Source: Chloroflexota bacterium (GTDB lineage Bacteria > Chloroflexota > Limnocylindria > Limnocylindrales > CSP1-4). From it: DNA of 64,000 nucleotides. Shown piece after piece: positions 29,767 through 38,592 of this stretch. The notes under the pieces were generated by a model. That model was not told the DNA's origin, made no database searches, and saw nothing but the letters and a program-made list of their open reading frames with translations. The stretch's first letter is position 1. Each line of letters opens with the position of its first letter. A program made the translations under genes and the position numbers. The stretch is taken from assembly GCA_034430475.1 (NCBI GenBank), contig DAOUEA010000094.1, positions 8,725 to 72,724 of the forward strand, in the 5' to 3' direction.

Positions 29767-30561
29767 CTACTGCTCGTCGCTGGGGGAGGTCCCCGTTTTC
29801 GCGGCCGGGGCCGGCTGGGCCGCCAGGGCCGCCTTGAGCGCCTCGGGCCCTCGAGCCTGCCACTCGGCGCCGATGGCGGCGGTGGCCGTGGCGCCGACCC
29901 GACACGCTCCGGCGGTCAGCATCTGGAGCAGCGCCTCCAGCGTCCGGACGCCGCCGGCGGCCTTGACGCCCACGCTCGGCCCCACCACTCGCCGCATCAG
30001 GGCGATCTCGCCCGCCTCGGCGCCGCGCGGCGAGTAGCCGGTCCCGTTCTTGACGAAGGCCGCCCGCGCTTCCACCGCGACCCGGCACGCCGCCTCCACC
30101 TGCTCCGGAGTGAGGTACGCGGTCTCGATGATGACCTTCACCGGCGTCGGGGCGACGGCGTAGACGATGCTCGCCAGCTCGTCCCGGGCGTAGCTCACGT
30201 CGCCGCGCAGGGCGCCGATGTTGGCGACCACGTCCAGCTCCACGGCCCCCTGGTCCACAGCCACGAGCGCCTCGCGCTGCTTGATCTGCGAGACGTGCGC
30301 CCCGTGCGGGAAACCGATGACGGTCGTAGGGCCGACGAGGCTGCGGCGGACCCTCTTGACGACCGGCAGCAGATCGGCCGGACGGCAGCAGACGGTGGCG
30401 GTCTGCCACTCGATCGCGACGTCGACGGCCGCCTCGACCTCCGCCTGCGTCAGGTCGGGGCGCAGGACCGAATGATCGATGCAGCCCATCAGCGCCGCCA
30501 GATCCAACGCTCCCAGATCCAACGGGGAGCGATTGGCGAGACGGGCCTTCATCTGGCGCAT
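29767..30561 (-). CDS. deoC: Deoxyribose-phosphate aldolase
   Basis: IDHSVLRPDLT, the active-site region VKVIIETAYL and FVKNGTGYS are present. The start is set at ATG 30561, preceded by GGGAATGAGG; an alternative start lies at 30660. Confidence 0.9.
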   Translation of the reverse strand: MRQMKARLANRSPLDLGALDLAALMGCIDHSVLRPDLTQAEVEAAVDVAIEWQTATVCCRPADLLPVVKRVRRSLVGPTTVIGFPHGAHVSQIKQREALVAVDQGAVELDVVANIGALRGDVSYARDELASIVYAVAPTPVKVIIETAYLTPEQVEAACRVAVEARAAFVKNGTGYSPRGAEAGEIALMRRVVGPSVGVKAAGGVRTLEALLQMLTAGACRVGATATAAIGAEWQARGPEALKAALAAQPAPAAKTGTSPSDEQ

Positions 30562-30661
30562 GGCTACCTCATTCCCGGGTATTGCCGCCTCGCATGATCG
30601 CGGCCAGGTGATTGTCCCGCAGATCCGACGAGAGCCGCCGGCCGAACCGAGCCGGCTCACG

Positions 30662-33490
30662 CTAGAGCGTGACCGGAAGGTCCAGCCGCCGCAACTGCCC
30701 GTCCGCTAACACCCAGAGCGTGTCCTGCACAGGCATGACTGCGTCCCACGACCCCGAGATGGCCCACAGTGGCCCGATGAGACGCCCGGTCTCGGGGTCG
30801 ATCTGCCTCATGATCGACGACCCGGTCTTGTCCTTGTGCCGGACCCACATGACGCCGCGGATCGTCTCGATTCTGGCCGAGACAGTCCCTCTGGGCTCAG
30901 CCCCCGAAGCAGTCAGTCGGAGGATAGTGGTCTCGATCGTCTCACCTTCATCACGCCAGATGGTGAGCCAGCAGTGCCCTCCAGCTTCCACAGCACGCTC
31001 GATCCCGGAGGTTTCGGCCATGGACCGAATGATCCTTCCAGAGCTGTCGATGCGGAGGTATCTGTCATCCTCGAAGGTCCAGAAGGAGCCGCAGCTGCTG
31101 TCGAAAGACCATCCAAAGGCCAGTTGCCCGTTGACAGTCCCCGACTCGCTATCCACGAACTTCGTAGCGTAGGTCGACTGGCCGACATTCTCGGTGATGA
31201 GCACGGTGGAGAGGTTCGCGCCCGTGATCTCGCCCGCGTAGCTGGCCTTCACCGCTTTGCTCTGGAGGTCGATCCGCTTGGTCCACGCCGGCTCGTCGCT
31301 TGCAGGGTCTTCTGAGGCCCAGAGGAAGCCCGGTGTCACGGCGATCCGCGTACTGTTCCCCGCGCAGTGTCCCCTCGTGTCTTCCCAGCAGGGGTTCGCG
31401 CCGAACACGGACCTGTAGGTGGCGACCGCCTTGTTCGTGGTCAAGTCAATCGCCACCACGTCCTGCCCACAGATCACGTACATCCGGCCGCCATAGATCC
31501 CGCCGCTGCCGCCGGCATAAGGGCAGGTTGCGCCGCCTAGCATCTGGGGCGCCAACGGCTGCCCCATCGCCCACCATTCCGGCGGCAGAGTCGCCCACGG
31601 GACGGGGGTAGGCACCGGTTCCGACGTAGTCCAGGAAGGACTTCCGACGGCAAGAGCCGACTGCGCCGCCGTCGGAGAGCTAACAGCGCCAGGCTGAGAG
31701 CGGCAAGACAACGGGCCCAACAGCAAACCGGCCAGGAGCAGGAGCACGATCACCCCGCCCACGGCAGCCGCGACCACCCGTCGCGGCTTCTGCCGGGTCG
31801 CCCCACGAGCCCGTTCCCGAACACTGGCGACGGTCCGAGAGAGCGGTTCGAGCCGAGCCTTCCTGGGCTCTTTCGGAGGCCAGATGTCCGAGTCGGACGT
31901 CGACCAGTTTTCGGCCGTCGCATCGCCCGAGCTACCCGACATGGCGACCGTGGCTGCGGATCCACCCCGGAGGCGCCCGATCAGCTCGCCAGCGCGGCTC
32001 ACCACCAGCGAAGGGCGGTATGCCACAACTGCCGTGCCGAGCCCGATGGCGACCGCGATCAGGATGAGCAGCGGCAGTGGCAGGCTGCCGCCCCCATTCG
32101 AAGCCGGGGCGGCAGCAGGCGCAGGGGTCGGATTCGGGCTCTCGGTCGGCGTAGCGGTCGGTTCAGGCGTGGGTGTGACCAGGGGCGGAACGGCCGGCGC
32201 TGTCGGCAGCGTGACGGCCGGCGGGCCATCTCCGATCGAGTTGTGGGCCCTGACCGAGAAGGTGTACGGAGTGTCGTTCGTCAGCCCGCCGATCGTGCAC
32301 GAGAGGGTCTTCGTGGTGGTGCAAGTCTGGCCACCCGGGGCCGCGGTGACCGTGTATGAGGTGATCGGGCTGAACCCCGGATCCTCCGGAGCGGACCAGG
32401 AGATCGTGACCGCCCCGTCCCACGGAGTCACGCTGACGCTCGTGGGGGTGTCGGGCGGCAGCTTGCCGACGGCCAGGCTGTGCTTGTAGCCGGCCCCGAC
32501 CCAGCTGAAGCTTCCCCCGCCCCGGGGCGGCTGCGAGGCTTGCCCCAGGCTGTTGTCGCCCCAGCCCAGGATCTGCCCGTTCGAGAGCAGGACCAGGCTG
32601 TGATATCCGCCGGCCGCGACGGCCGTGATTCTGGTCAGGTTTCTCGGCACGTTCGTCTGGCCGTATGTGTTGTCGCCCCAGGCGACGACCGTCCCGTTCG
32701 ACCTGAGGACCAGGGCATGCTGCTGGCCCACCGACATGCCTACGACCTTGTTCAGGCCGGCCGGGACGTCGATGGCGCTGGGTGGCCTGGAGCCCATGGC
32801 AACGACTATGTAGTCGCCCCAGGCGAAGACCGTGCCATCGTTCATCCGGGCGACCGTGGCGTTGCCGCCGGCCTCGACGTCGACAATGCCGTGCCAGTCC
32901 ATCGACAGCACCGAGTCCGAATCTGACGGTGTCACCTGGTGCTGGCCGTACGTGTCGTCGCCCCACACGTAGACGTCCACGGCGCTGCGGCGGCGAGCGA
33001 TCCCCACGCTGTGCGCGTCGCCGGCGGCGATGTTGGTCCACCTCCAGCCGCTGGGCAGCGTGGGAACGTTCGTCTGGCCGGCGGAGTTGTCGCCCCAGGC
33101 GACGATCGTGCCGTTGGACTTGATGGCAATGCTGTGGTCACAGCCGGCGACGATCGCGACCACCCCCGATTGCGCCTCGAGCGGGACGTTGGTCTGGCCG
33201 TGGCTATTGTCGCCCCAGGCGACGACCCGGCCGTCAGCCCTGAGGGCAATGCTGTGCGAGCAACCCCCCTGGGCGGAGATGACGCCCGACCGCGCGTCGG
33301 CCGGGACCTTCGTCTGACCGGCGGAGTTGTCGCCCCAGGCCACAACGCCGCCGGTGGGCAGGCTTGCGGCCGCAGCAGGAGCCGGCGCGGCTGCCCAGGC
33401 AGGCCCCAATCCGGCGACCGCAAGCGCAACCGCGCCGGCCAGGCGCCAGCCACGGGCCAGCCCCCACGCTCTACCTTCGTGCCGCCTCAT
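30662..33490 (-). CDS. Membrane protein: signal peptide, RCC1-like beta-propeller repeats, fibronectin type III domain, PT linker, TM1, ~80-aa loop, TM2, and an unknown ~340-aa C-terminal ectodomain
   Basis: Repeated VVAWGDNSxGQTNVP units indicate RCC1 blades. PDTPTSVSVTPWDGAVTISWSAPED...YTFSVRAHN indicates Fn3. TM1 is LPLPLLILIAVAIGLGTAVVAY and TM2 is VVAAAVGGVIVLLLLAGLLLGPL. The start is set at ATG 33490 (MRRHEGRAWGL...), preceded by GGAGGG; the track start is 33529. Confidence 0.8.
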   Translation of the reverse strand: MRRHEGRAWGLARGWRLAGAVALAVAGLGPAWAAAPAPAAAASLPTGGVVAWGDNSAGQTKVPADARSGVISAQGGCSHSIALRADGRVVAWGDNSHGQTNVPLEAQSGVVAIVAGCDHSIAIKSNGTIVAWGDNSAGQTNVPTLPSGWRWTNIAAGDAHSVGIARRRSAVDVYVWGDDTYGQHQVTPSDSDSVLSMDWHGIVDVEAGGNATVARMNDGTVFAWGDYIVVAMGSRPPSAIDVPAGLNKVVGMSVGQQHALVLRSNGTVVAWGDNTYGQTNVPRNLTRITAVAAGGYHSLVLLSNGQILGWGDNSLGQASQPPRGGGSFSWVGAGYKHSLAVGKLPPDTPTSVSVTPWDGAVTISWSAPEDPGFSPITSYTVTAAPGGQTCTTTKTLSCTIGGLTNDTPYTFSVRAHNSIGDGPPAVTLPTAPAVPPLVTPTPEPTATPTESPNPTPAPAAAPASNGGGSLPLPLLILIAVAIGLGTAVVAYRPSLVVSRAGELIGRLRGGSAATVAMSGSSGDATAENWSTSDSDIWPPKEPRKARLEPLSRTVASVRERARGATRQKPRRVVAAAVGGVIVLLLLAGLLLGPLSCRSQPGAVSSPTAAQSALAVGSPSWTTSEPVPTPVPWATLPPEWWAMGQPLAPQMLGGATCPYAGGSGGIYGGRMYVICGQDVVAIDLTTNKAVATYRSVFGANPCWEDTRGHCAGNSTRIAVTPGFLWASEDPASDEPAWTKRIDLQSKAVKASYAGEITGANLSTVLITENVGQSTYATKFVDSESGTVNGQLAFGWSFDSSCGSFWTFEDDRYLRIDSSGRIIRSMAETSGIERAVEAGGHCWLTIWRDEGETIETTILRLTASGAEPRGTVSARIETIRGVMWVRHKDKTGSSIMRQIDPETGRLIGPLWAISGSWDAVMPVQDTLWVLADGQLRRLDLPVTL

Positions 33491-33596
33491 GCGGATGCCC
33501 TCCATGCAGCGCAGCCCGGAGTCGCCCATCCCGGAGCGGCTCGGATGAAGCTGCCTTCTTGACCGCCGTCACGTCCGAGTATGTGACGCGGGCGGT

Positions 33597-35219
33597 CTAG
33601 AACGGGCTCTTCTCGTTCCAGGTGTCGTCATCTGTCGGCGGTTTCCGCGTCCGGGGCTTTCTGGGGCGCGCCGGTGGAGGGGACGCCGGTGGAGGGGCGG
33701 GAGGCGCCGCCGTGGGGCCGCCCTGCCCGCGCCCGCCCCGTCCGAGCATGAACGCGGTCACGGCCACGAGCGCCACGCCGAGCCCGATGACCACCCCGAC
33801 GATCAGCACGAGCGCGGCATCGAGACCGCCGCCACCATCGCCCGACCCGCCGGACCCAGGGCTTTGCGACGGCTGAGCGCCGCCGCTCTCCGACGGGCCG
33901 GCGCTCTCCGACGCTCCGGGCTCAGGCGAGGGGGTCTCAAGTGGAGGCGCCGTCGGTGCGGCCTCCGGGTAGACCATCGACGAGGCGGCTGAGGCCGGGC
34001 CCTCCCCGGCCACGTTCCTTGCCCTGACCGTGAAGACGTAGCCGGTGCCGTTCGTCAGCCCGCCGATCGAGCAGGTCAGCGCACCGGTCGAAGTGCACTT
34101 CTTCCCGTCCGGGGTGGAGGTCACGGTGTAGAGCGTGATCGGGCTGCCGCCGTCGCTGGCCGGAGCCTGCCAGCTGATCGTGGCCGCGCCGTCCGTGGCG
34201 GTCGCGGCAACGTTGGTGGGCGCACCGGGCACGCTGGCCGAGGCGATGGCCAGGCTGTGCAGATAGCCGCCGGCCATGTACGTGTAGTGCAGGCCGCTCG
34301 GCGCGGGAGGCACGTCGGTCTGGCCGTTCGTGTTGCGGCCCCAGCCAACGATCGTGCCGTCGGACTTCAGGGCCAGGCTGTGGTAGGCGCCGGCGGCCAC
34401 GACGGTCACGTTGCCGAGGCCGGACGGGACGTCGATCTGGTCGTAGCCGTTCTCGCCCCAGGCGACGACGCTCCCGTCCGACTTGAGCGCCAGAGCGTGC
34501 TGCCAGCCGACGTCGATCGCCGTGACATTCGAGAGGCCGGACGGAGGTGTGAGCAGGCTGGCCGGGGTCGTGCCATGCGGCGCGACAGTGCCGTCCTTCT
34601 TCAGGATCACATAGACGAACTGGCCGTTCTCCACGTCGGCCGCCGGAGGCGGTGTCGCGGTCACGCCCGAACCTTCACCCCACTTCATGTACACCTGGTG
34701 TGTGCCATCCGTAGCAATCGCGACGTTCGTGCGCCAGCCCGCCGCTATGGCAAACCACTTGTACCCGGCCGAGAGGCTCGGCACGTTCAGCTGGTGGTAG
34801 GTGTTGTTGCCCCAGGCCACGATCGTGCCGTTGGACTTCAGGGCAAGGCTATGGTTGCACCCAGCCGAGATGGCCACTACCCCGGATTGCGCGGCAGCCG
34901 GGACGTTGGTCTGGTCCATGCTGTTGTCGCCCCAGGCGATCACCTTGCCGCCCTTGAGAGCCAGGCTGAAAGTGCAGCCGGCGGACACGCGGGTCACGCC
35001 CGACAGCGCCTCGGCCGGCACTTCCGTCTGGTGCCAACCGTTGTAGCCCCAGGCGACAACCTGCCCCGGCGCCACGTTGAGCGCCGCCGCCGCAGGCGGG
35101 GCACCTGGTACGGCCCAGGCGAAGGAGAGGCCCCCCAGCGAAACGGCGACGGCTGCCGCGACGCGGGTGCCCCTGCGAAGAACTCCCGTGCCTCCGCCAG
35201 ACAGGTGCAAGCCGAACAT
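33597..35219 (-). CDS. Membrane protein, paralog of the previous gene: signal peptide, RCC1-like repeats, Fn3, low-complexity linker, single TM, Pro/Arg-rich cytoplasmic tail
   Basis: VVAWGYNGWHQTEVP, VIAWGDNSMDQTNVP and IVAWGNNTYHQLNVP are RCC1 blades. APTNVAATATDGAATISWQAP...YVFTVRARN is Fn3. The TM is AALVLIVGVVIGLGVALVAVTAF. The start is set at ATG 35219 (MFGLHLSGGG...), preceded by GGAAGGGAG. Confidence 0.8.
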   Translation of the reverse strand: MFGLHLSGGGTGVLRRGTRVAAAVAVSLGGLSFAWAVPGAPPAAAALNVAPGQVVAWGYNGWHQTEVPAEALSGVTRVSAGCTFSLALKGGKVIAWGDNSMDQTNVPAAAQSGVVAISAGCNHSLALKSNGTIVAWGNNTYHQLNVPSLSAGYKWFAIAAGWRTNVAIATDGTHQVYMKWGEGSGVTATPPPAADVENGQFVYVILKKDGTVAPHGTTPASLLTPPSGLSNVTAIDVGWQHALALKSDGSVVAWGENGYDQIDVPSGLGNVTVVAAGAYHSLALKSDGTIVGWGRNTNGQTDVPPAPSGLHYTYMAGGYLHSLAIASASVPGAPTNVAATATDGAATISWQAPASDGGSPITLYTVTSTPDGKKCTSTGALTCSIGGLTNGTGYVFTVRARNVAGEGPASAASSMVYPEAAPTAPPLETPSPEPGASESAGPSESGGAQPSQSPGSGGSGDGGGGLDAALVLIVGVVIGLGVALVAVTAFMLGRGGRGQGGPTAAPPAPPPASPPPARPRKPRTRKPPTDDDTWNEKSPF

Positions 35220-35465
35220 CGAAGACGCTCCCTTCCTCGAAGCCGGGGCCAGCTGTCCGGCCTCCCCCGGCCGTCCGTTGTCGTCACCAGCATAGCCCTC
35301 GCAGGCCCCCGAATCGCAGCGACTTCTGCGCGCAGGCCTCGGGCAAGCCGCAGATAAGCGGCCGGTGAGCGCCAGCCAAGCGCCCGGGTCTACGGTGCGT
35401 CTGCCCGCCGCAGACAGAGTGGGCGCCGGCGGCATACGGCGGCGCCGGTAGAGGAGATCGGGACC

Positions 35466-35975
35466 ATGAACAAGGTCCTTCTGACAGGCCGCTTGACCCG
35501 CGATCCGGAGTTGCGATCGCTGGCCAGCGGCTCATCCGTGGCTACCTTCTCGGTGGCCACCAACGAGTACCGCGGCAAGGGCAAGGAGCGAGCCGAGTAC
35601 CACAACGTCGTCGTCTGGGACCGCCTGGCCCAAGTCTGCGGCCAGTACTTGGGCAAGGGCCAGCAGGTGGCCATCGAGGGCCGGCTGCAGACCCGCCAGT
35701 GGGACGACGACCGCGGTGCACGCCACTGGAAGACTGAAGTCGTGGCCACGTCGGTGGAGATGCTCTCCGGCCGGCGGAAGCGCGACTACGAGGCCGATTC
35801 GCTCGTGGCCCAGGCCACTGCCGAGGCCGCTGCCGGCGGCGCGGGCAGCACCGAGGGCAATGAGGGCGGAGAGGCTTCACCGGGCGAGGCGGCCGAAGCC
35901 GGCCTCTCGACCGCGGCCGACGAGGCCGCCTCGGACTCTGCGGTGGACGACGAGCAGGTCGTCGTCCTGGCCTGA
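35466..35975 (+). CDS. ssb: Single-stranded DNA-binding protein (OB fold) with a non-canonical C-terminus
   Basis: MNKVLLTGRLTRDPELR...YHNVVVWDRLAQVCGQYLGKGQQVAIEGRLQTRQWDD is a canonical SSB OB fold. The tail is Ala/Gly/Glu-rich and ends ...VDDEQVVVLA. Confidence 0.9.
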   Translation: MNKVLLTGRLTRDPELRSLASGSSVATFSVATNEYRGKGKERAEYHNVVVWDRLAQVCGQYLGKGQQVAIEGRLQTRQWDDDRGARHWKTEVVATSVEMLSGRRKRDYEADSLVAQATAEAAAGGAGSTEGNEGGEASPGEAAEAGLSTAADEAASDSAVDDEQVVVLA

Positions 35976-36089
35976 ATCCAGTCGTCGGGGCGCGGCAGCG
36001 CGTGTCGTCCATCTGACCGCGCCCCGGCCATCGCTAGGCTGCTCGCCAGCCCTGGCCTGGCAACCGGCTCCTGGCTGGCCCGGCCTGGG

Positions 36090-37193
36090 CTACGGCCACC
36101 TCCCGCACTGTTCGGGGCAGGTGATGAGGCTGCCATCCTTCATGCCCGCCAGGGCGCCATCCAGCCTGCCCTGGACATCATCCGGGACCGCGACGCTGGC
36201 GAGGTGGAACGAGGAGATGCCGATGCCATCGTTGGCGGCGCCGAAGACCGAGACGCCTCCTTCGGCCGTGCCCGCATCGATGCCCAGGATCGTCTCCGAC
36301 ACGGCGGAGGCCAGGCGCTTCACGGCCGAGGCGACGATGCAATCCTGGGCTGCCGAATACGACATGTACTGGTCCACGTCCGCGCCGACGGCCAGGATGC
36401 CGGCCTCACAAGCGGCGTCCAGGGCCCCGTTGCCGGTGCTACGAGCGGCCGCGAAGACGACGTCCACTCCTTTCTGGGCGATGAACTGGCGGCCGTAGGT
36501 CTGGCCCCAGGCGGGGTCGTCGTAGGCCTTCACCAGGTCCTTGGTGGAGAAGAAGCCCGTCTCGACCCTGACGTTCGGGTTGTACGACCTGGCGCCCAGC
36601 TCGAAGCCCTGCAGGTACCTGATGACAGCCGGGTCGCTGCTGATGGCGCCGATCCGGCCGATCACGCCACTGGCGCTCACGGATGCCGCCACGATCCCGG
36701 CCAGGTAGCCGAGCTGGTCCTCCTCGAATCGGATTGCGATGAGGTTGGGCAGCATCGTCGCCGGTCTACCCACGCAGACGCCGGTCGGATCGGGGTCGCC
36801 GTGCTCGTCCAGGCACGGCTCGACGTCAACGGCGACGAACCAGATGCCCGGGTTGAACGCCGCGGCTCGTATCGCCGTGTCGCCCAGATTGGGACCGACG
36901 GTAACGATGATCGTGCTGCCCCCATCGATGAAGGCTTGCACGCCGTTGGCGTAGTCCGCCTCATCGTCCGGAACGTAGTAGTCGAGGGTCGCGCCGAGCT
37001 GCCGGGCCGCCTGCTTCGCACCCTCGTAGGAGAGCTGGTTGTAGCCGTTGTCGTCGATGTGGCCGATGTCGGTCACGACCCCGATCTTCAGACTCGAGAC
37101 CGAGGCGGAGGACGTAGACCAGGCCGAGGCGCAGCTGGCGACCGTTCCCAGCACCGCAAGGACGCCGAGCGCCCTCCGGAATCCAACCGCCAT
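36090..37193 (-). CDS. BMP-family (PnrA/Med-like) ABC-transporter substrate-binding lipoprotein
   Basis: The start is ATG 37193, preceded by GGTGGAGG. The signal and lipobox region is LGTVASC. LKIGVVTDIGHIDDNGYNQLSYEGAKQAARQLG is typical of BMP/PnrA nucleoside-binding proteins. Confidence 0.85.
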   Translation of the reverse strand: MAVGFRRALGVLAVLGTVASCASAWSTSSASVSSLKIGVVTDIGHIDDNGYNQLSYEGAKQAARQLGATLDYYVPDDEADYANGVQAFIDGGSTIIVTVGPNLGDTAIRAAAFNPGIWFVAVDVEPCLDEHGDPDPTGVCVGRPATMLPNLIAIRFEEDQLGYLAGIVAASVSASGVIGRIGAISSDPAVIRYLQGFELGARSYNPNVRVETGFFSTKDLVKAYDDPAWGQTYGRQFIAQKGVDVVFAAARSTGNGALDAACEAGILAVGADVDQYMSYSAAQDCIVASAVKRLASAVSETILGIDAGTAEGGVSVFGAANDGIGISSFHLASVAVPDDVQGRLDGALAGMKDGSLITCPEQCGRWP

Positions 37194-37344
37194 GTATGCC
37201 TCCACCTCTGCGCAGCCTGACGGCCGGACCAGCCCCCGCGCCGATTGTATGCCGGACCCGCCGGGCCTGAGGCGCGGCCGCGACCCAGCGCCATGGTGCG
37301 GATAGGAGTGTCGGCGGCGGGCCCGCCGGCCTACCATCTCCTCT

Positions 37345-38592
37345 ATGGACAGCACCGCACCGGCCATCCTGGAGCTGGGCCTGGTCCTGCTCGGCGCCGT
37401 CGCCGCGGGGCGGTTGGCTCGGCGCATCGGCCTGCCGGCGGTGGTCGGGTATCTGGCCCTGGGCCTGGCCGTCTCGCCGTTCACACCCGGCTACATCGCC
37501 GATCGCGAACGCCTCCAGCTGCTCGCCGACCTGGGAGTCGTCCTGCTCTTGTTCGAGGTCGGGATCGAGGTCGATCCCAGGCGCCTTCGCACAGAGCAGC
37601 GAGGGCTGCTGCTGGCGGTCCCCCTGCAGATGGTCCTATCGACGGCCGTTGCGGGCGGTGCGTTGGCAGCCCTGGGAGTGGAGCCGCTGACCGCCGCCGT
37701 TCTGGGCCTGTGCGTCGCGTTCTCCTCGAGCGTGGTCATCGTCAACATGACCCGCAGCGTCAGGCGAACCACGAACCCCCAGACCGACGAGGCCCTCCTG
37801 GGCTGGGCCGTCCTGCAGGACGTGACCGGCGTGGTCATGGCTTCGATCCTGCTGGCATCGGTTGGGACGAGCGGCCGGGGCTTTCTTCTCACAATCCTGG
37901 GCCTGCTCGGCTTTGCCGCCGTCTCGCTGGCCACGGCCCGGATCCTGCCCCGCGTCCTGCGCGCCGTGGCCACCCAGCCGGACTTCTTCCTGATCGTGTC
38001 GGTGGCCACCGGATTCACGCTCGCCGGAGCCGGCGCGGTCGTGTTCGGTCTGCCGCTGGGCCTGGCCGCCTTCGTCGGCGGCCTGGCCGTCACCGAGAGC
38101 CCGGAATCGGCCGAGGCCAGGCATCGGCTCCTGCCCTTCCGCGACCTGCTGGCCGTGCTGTTCTTCGTCGCCATCGGGTCGCTGATCGACCCGGCCGCGC
38201 TGGGTCGGGGCCTCGGCTGGCTGGCTCTCCTCATCGGCCTCATCGTCGCCGCCAAGGTGTTGCTGGCCTACGTCCTGGCTCGCCTGTGCCGGATCAAAGC
38301 CCGACCCTGGCAGCTCGCCGTGGGCCTGGGCCAGATCGGCGAGTTCAGCTTCGTCCTGGCCTCTGCTCTCATCGCCGCCCACTCGCTCAGCGCGGAGATG
38401 TACTCGGCTCTCCTGACGGCGGCCGCGCTGACCATCGGAGTCAGCAGCGTGGCCGTGCGACTGGTCGGCAAGCGCGGCGGATCCGGCGCCGCCTCGGCCC
38501 AGAAGCGACCGGGGTCCGTCCTTGATCGAGGCGAGCCGGTGGCCCGGGGCCAGTCCGGCAGGCGCAGCCGGCCGGCTCAGGAAGGGCGGTAG
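37345..38592 (+). CDS. Cation:proton antiporter (CPA2/Kef-type membrane domain, no KTN domain)
   Basis: 415 aa and polytopic. LELGLVLLGAVAAGRLARRIGLPAVVGYLALGLAVSP...LLLFEVGIEVD is typical of the Na_H_exchanger family. Confidence 0.85.
   Translation: MDSTAPAILELGLVLLGAVAAGRLARRIGLPAVVGYLALGLAVSPFTPGYIADRERLQLLADLGVVLLLFEVGIEVDPRRLRTEQRGLLLAVPLQMVLSTAVAGGALAALGVEPLTAAVLGLCVAFSSSVVIVNMTRSVRRTTNPQTDEALLGWAVLQDVTGVVMASILLASVGTSGRGFLLTILGLLGFAAVSLATARILPRVLRAVATQPDFFLIVSVATGFTLAGAGAVVFGLPLGLAAFVGGLAVTESPESAEARHRLLPFRDLLAVLFFVAIGSLIDPAALGRGLGWLALLIGLIVAAKVLLAYVLARLCRIKARPWQLAVGLGQIGEFSFVLASALIAAHSLSAEMYSALLTAAALTIGVSSVAVRLVGKRGGSGAASAQKRPGSVLDRGEPVARGQSGRRSRPAQEGR

Noticed and set aside
35987-36025. 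GGGGCGCGG-N21-CCGCGCCCC hairpin after ssb as a terminator
   Set aside because: The loop is large (21 nt) and there is no U-tract on either strand. It is plausible but too weak to list as a feature.
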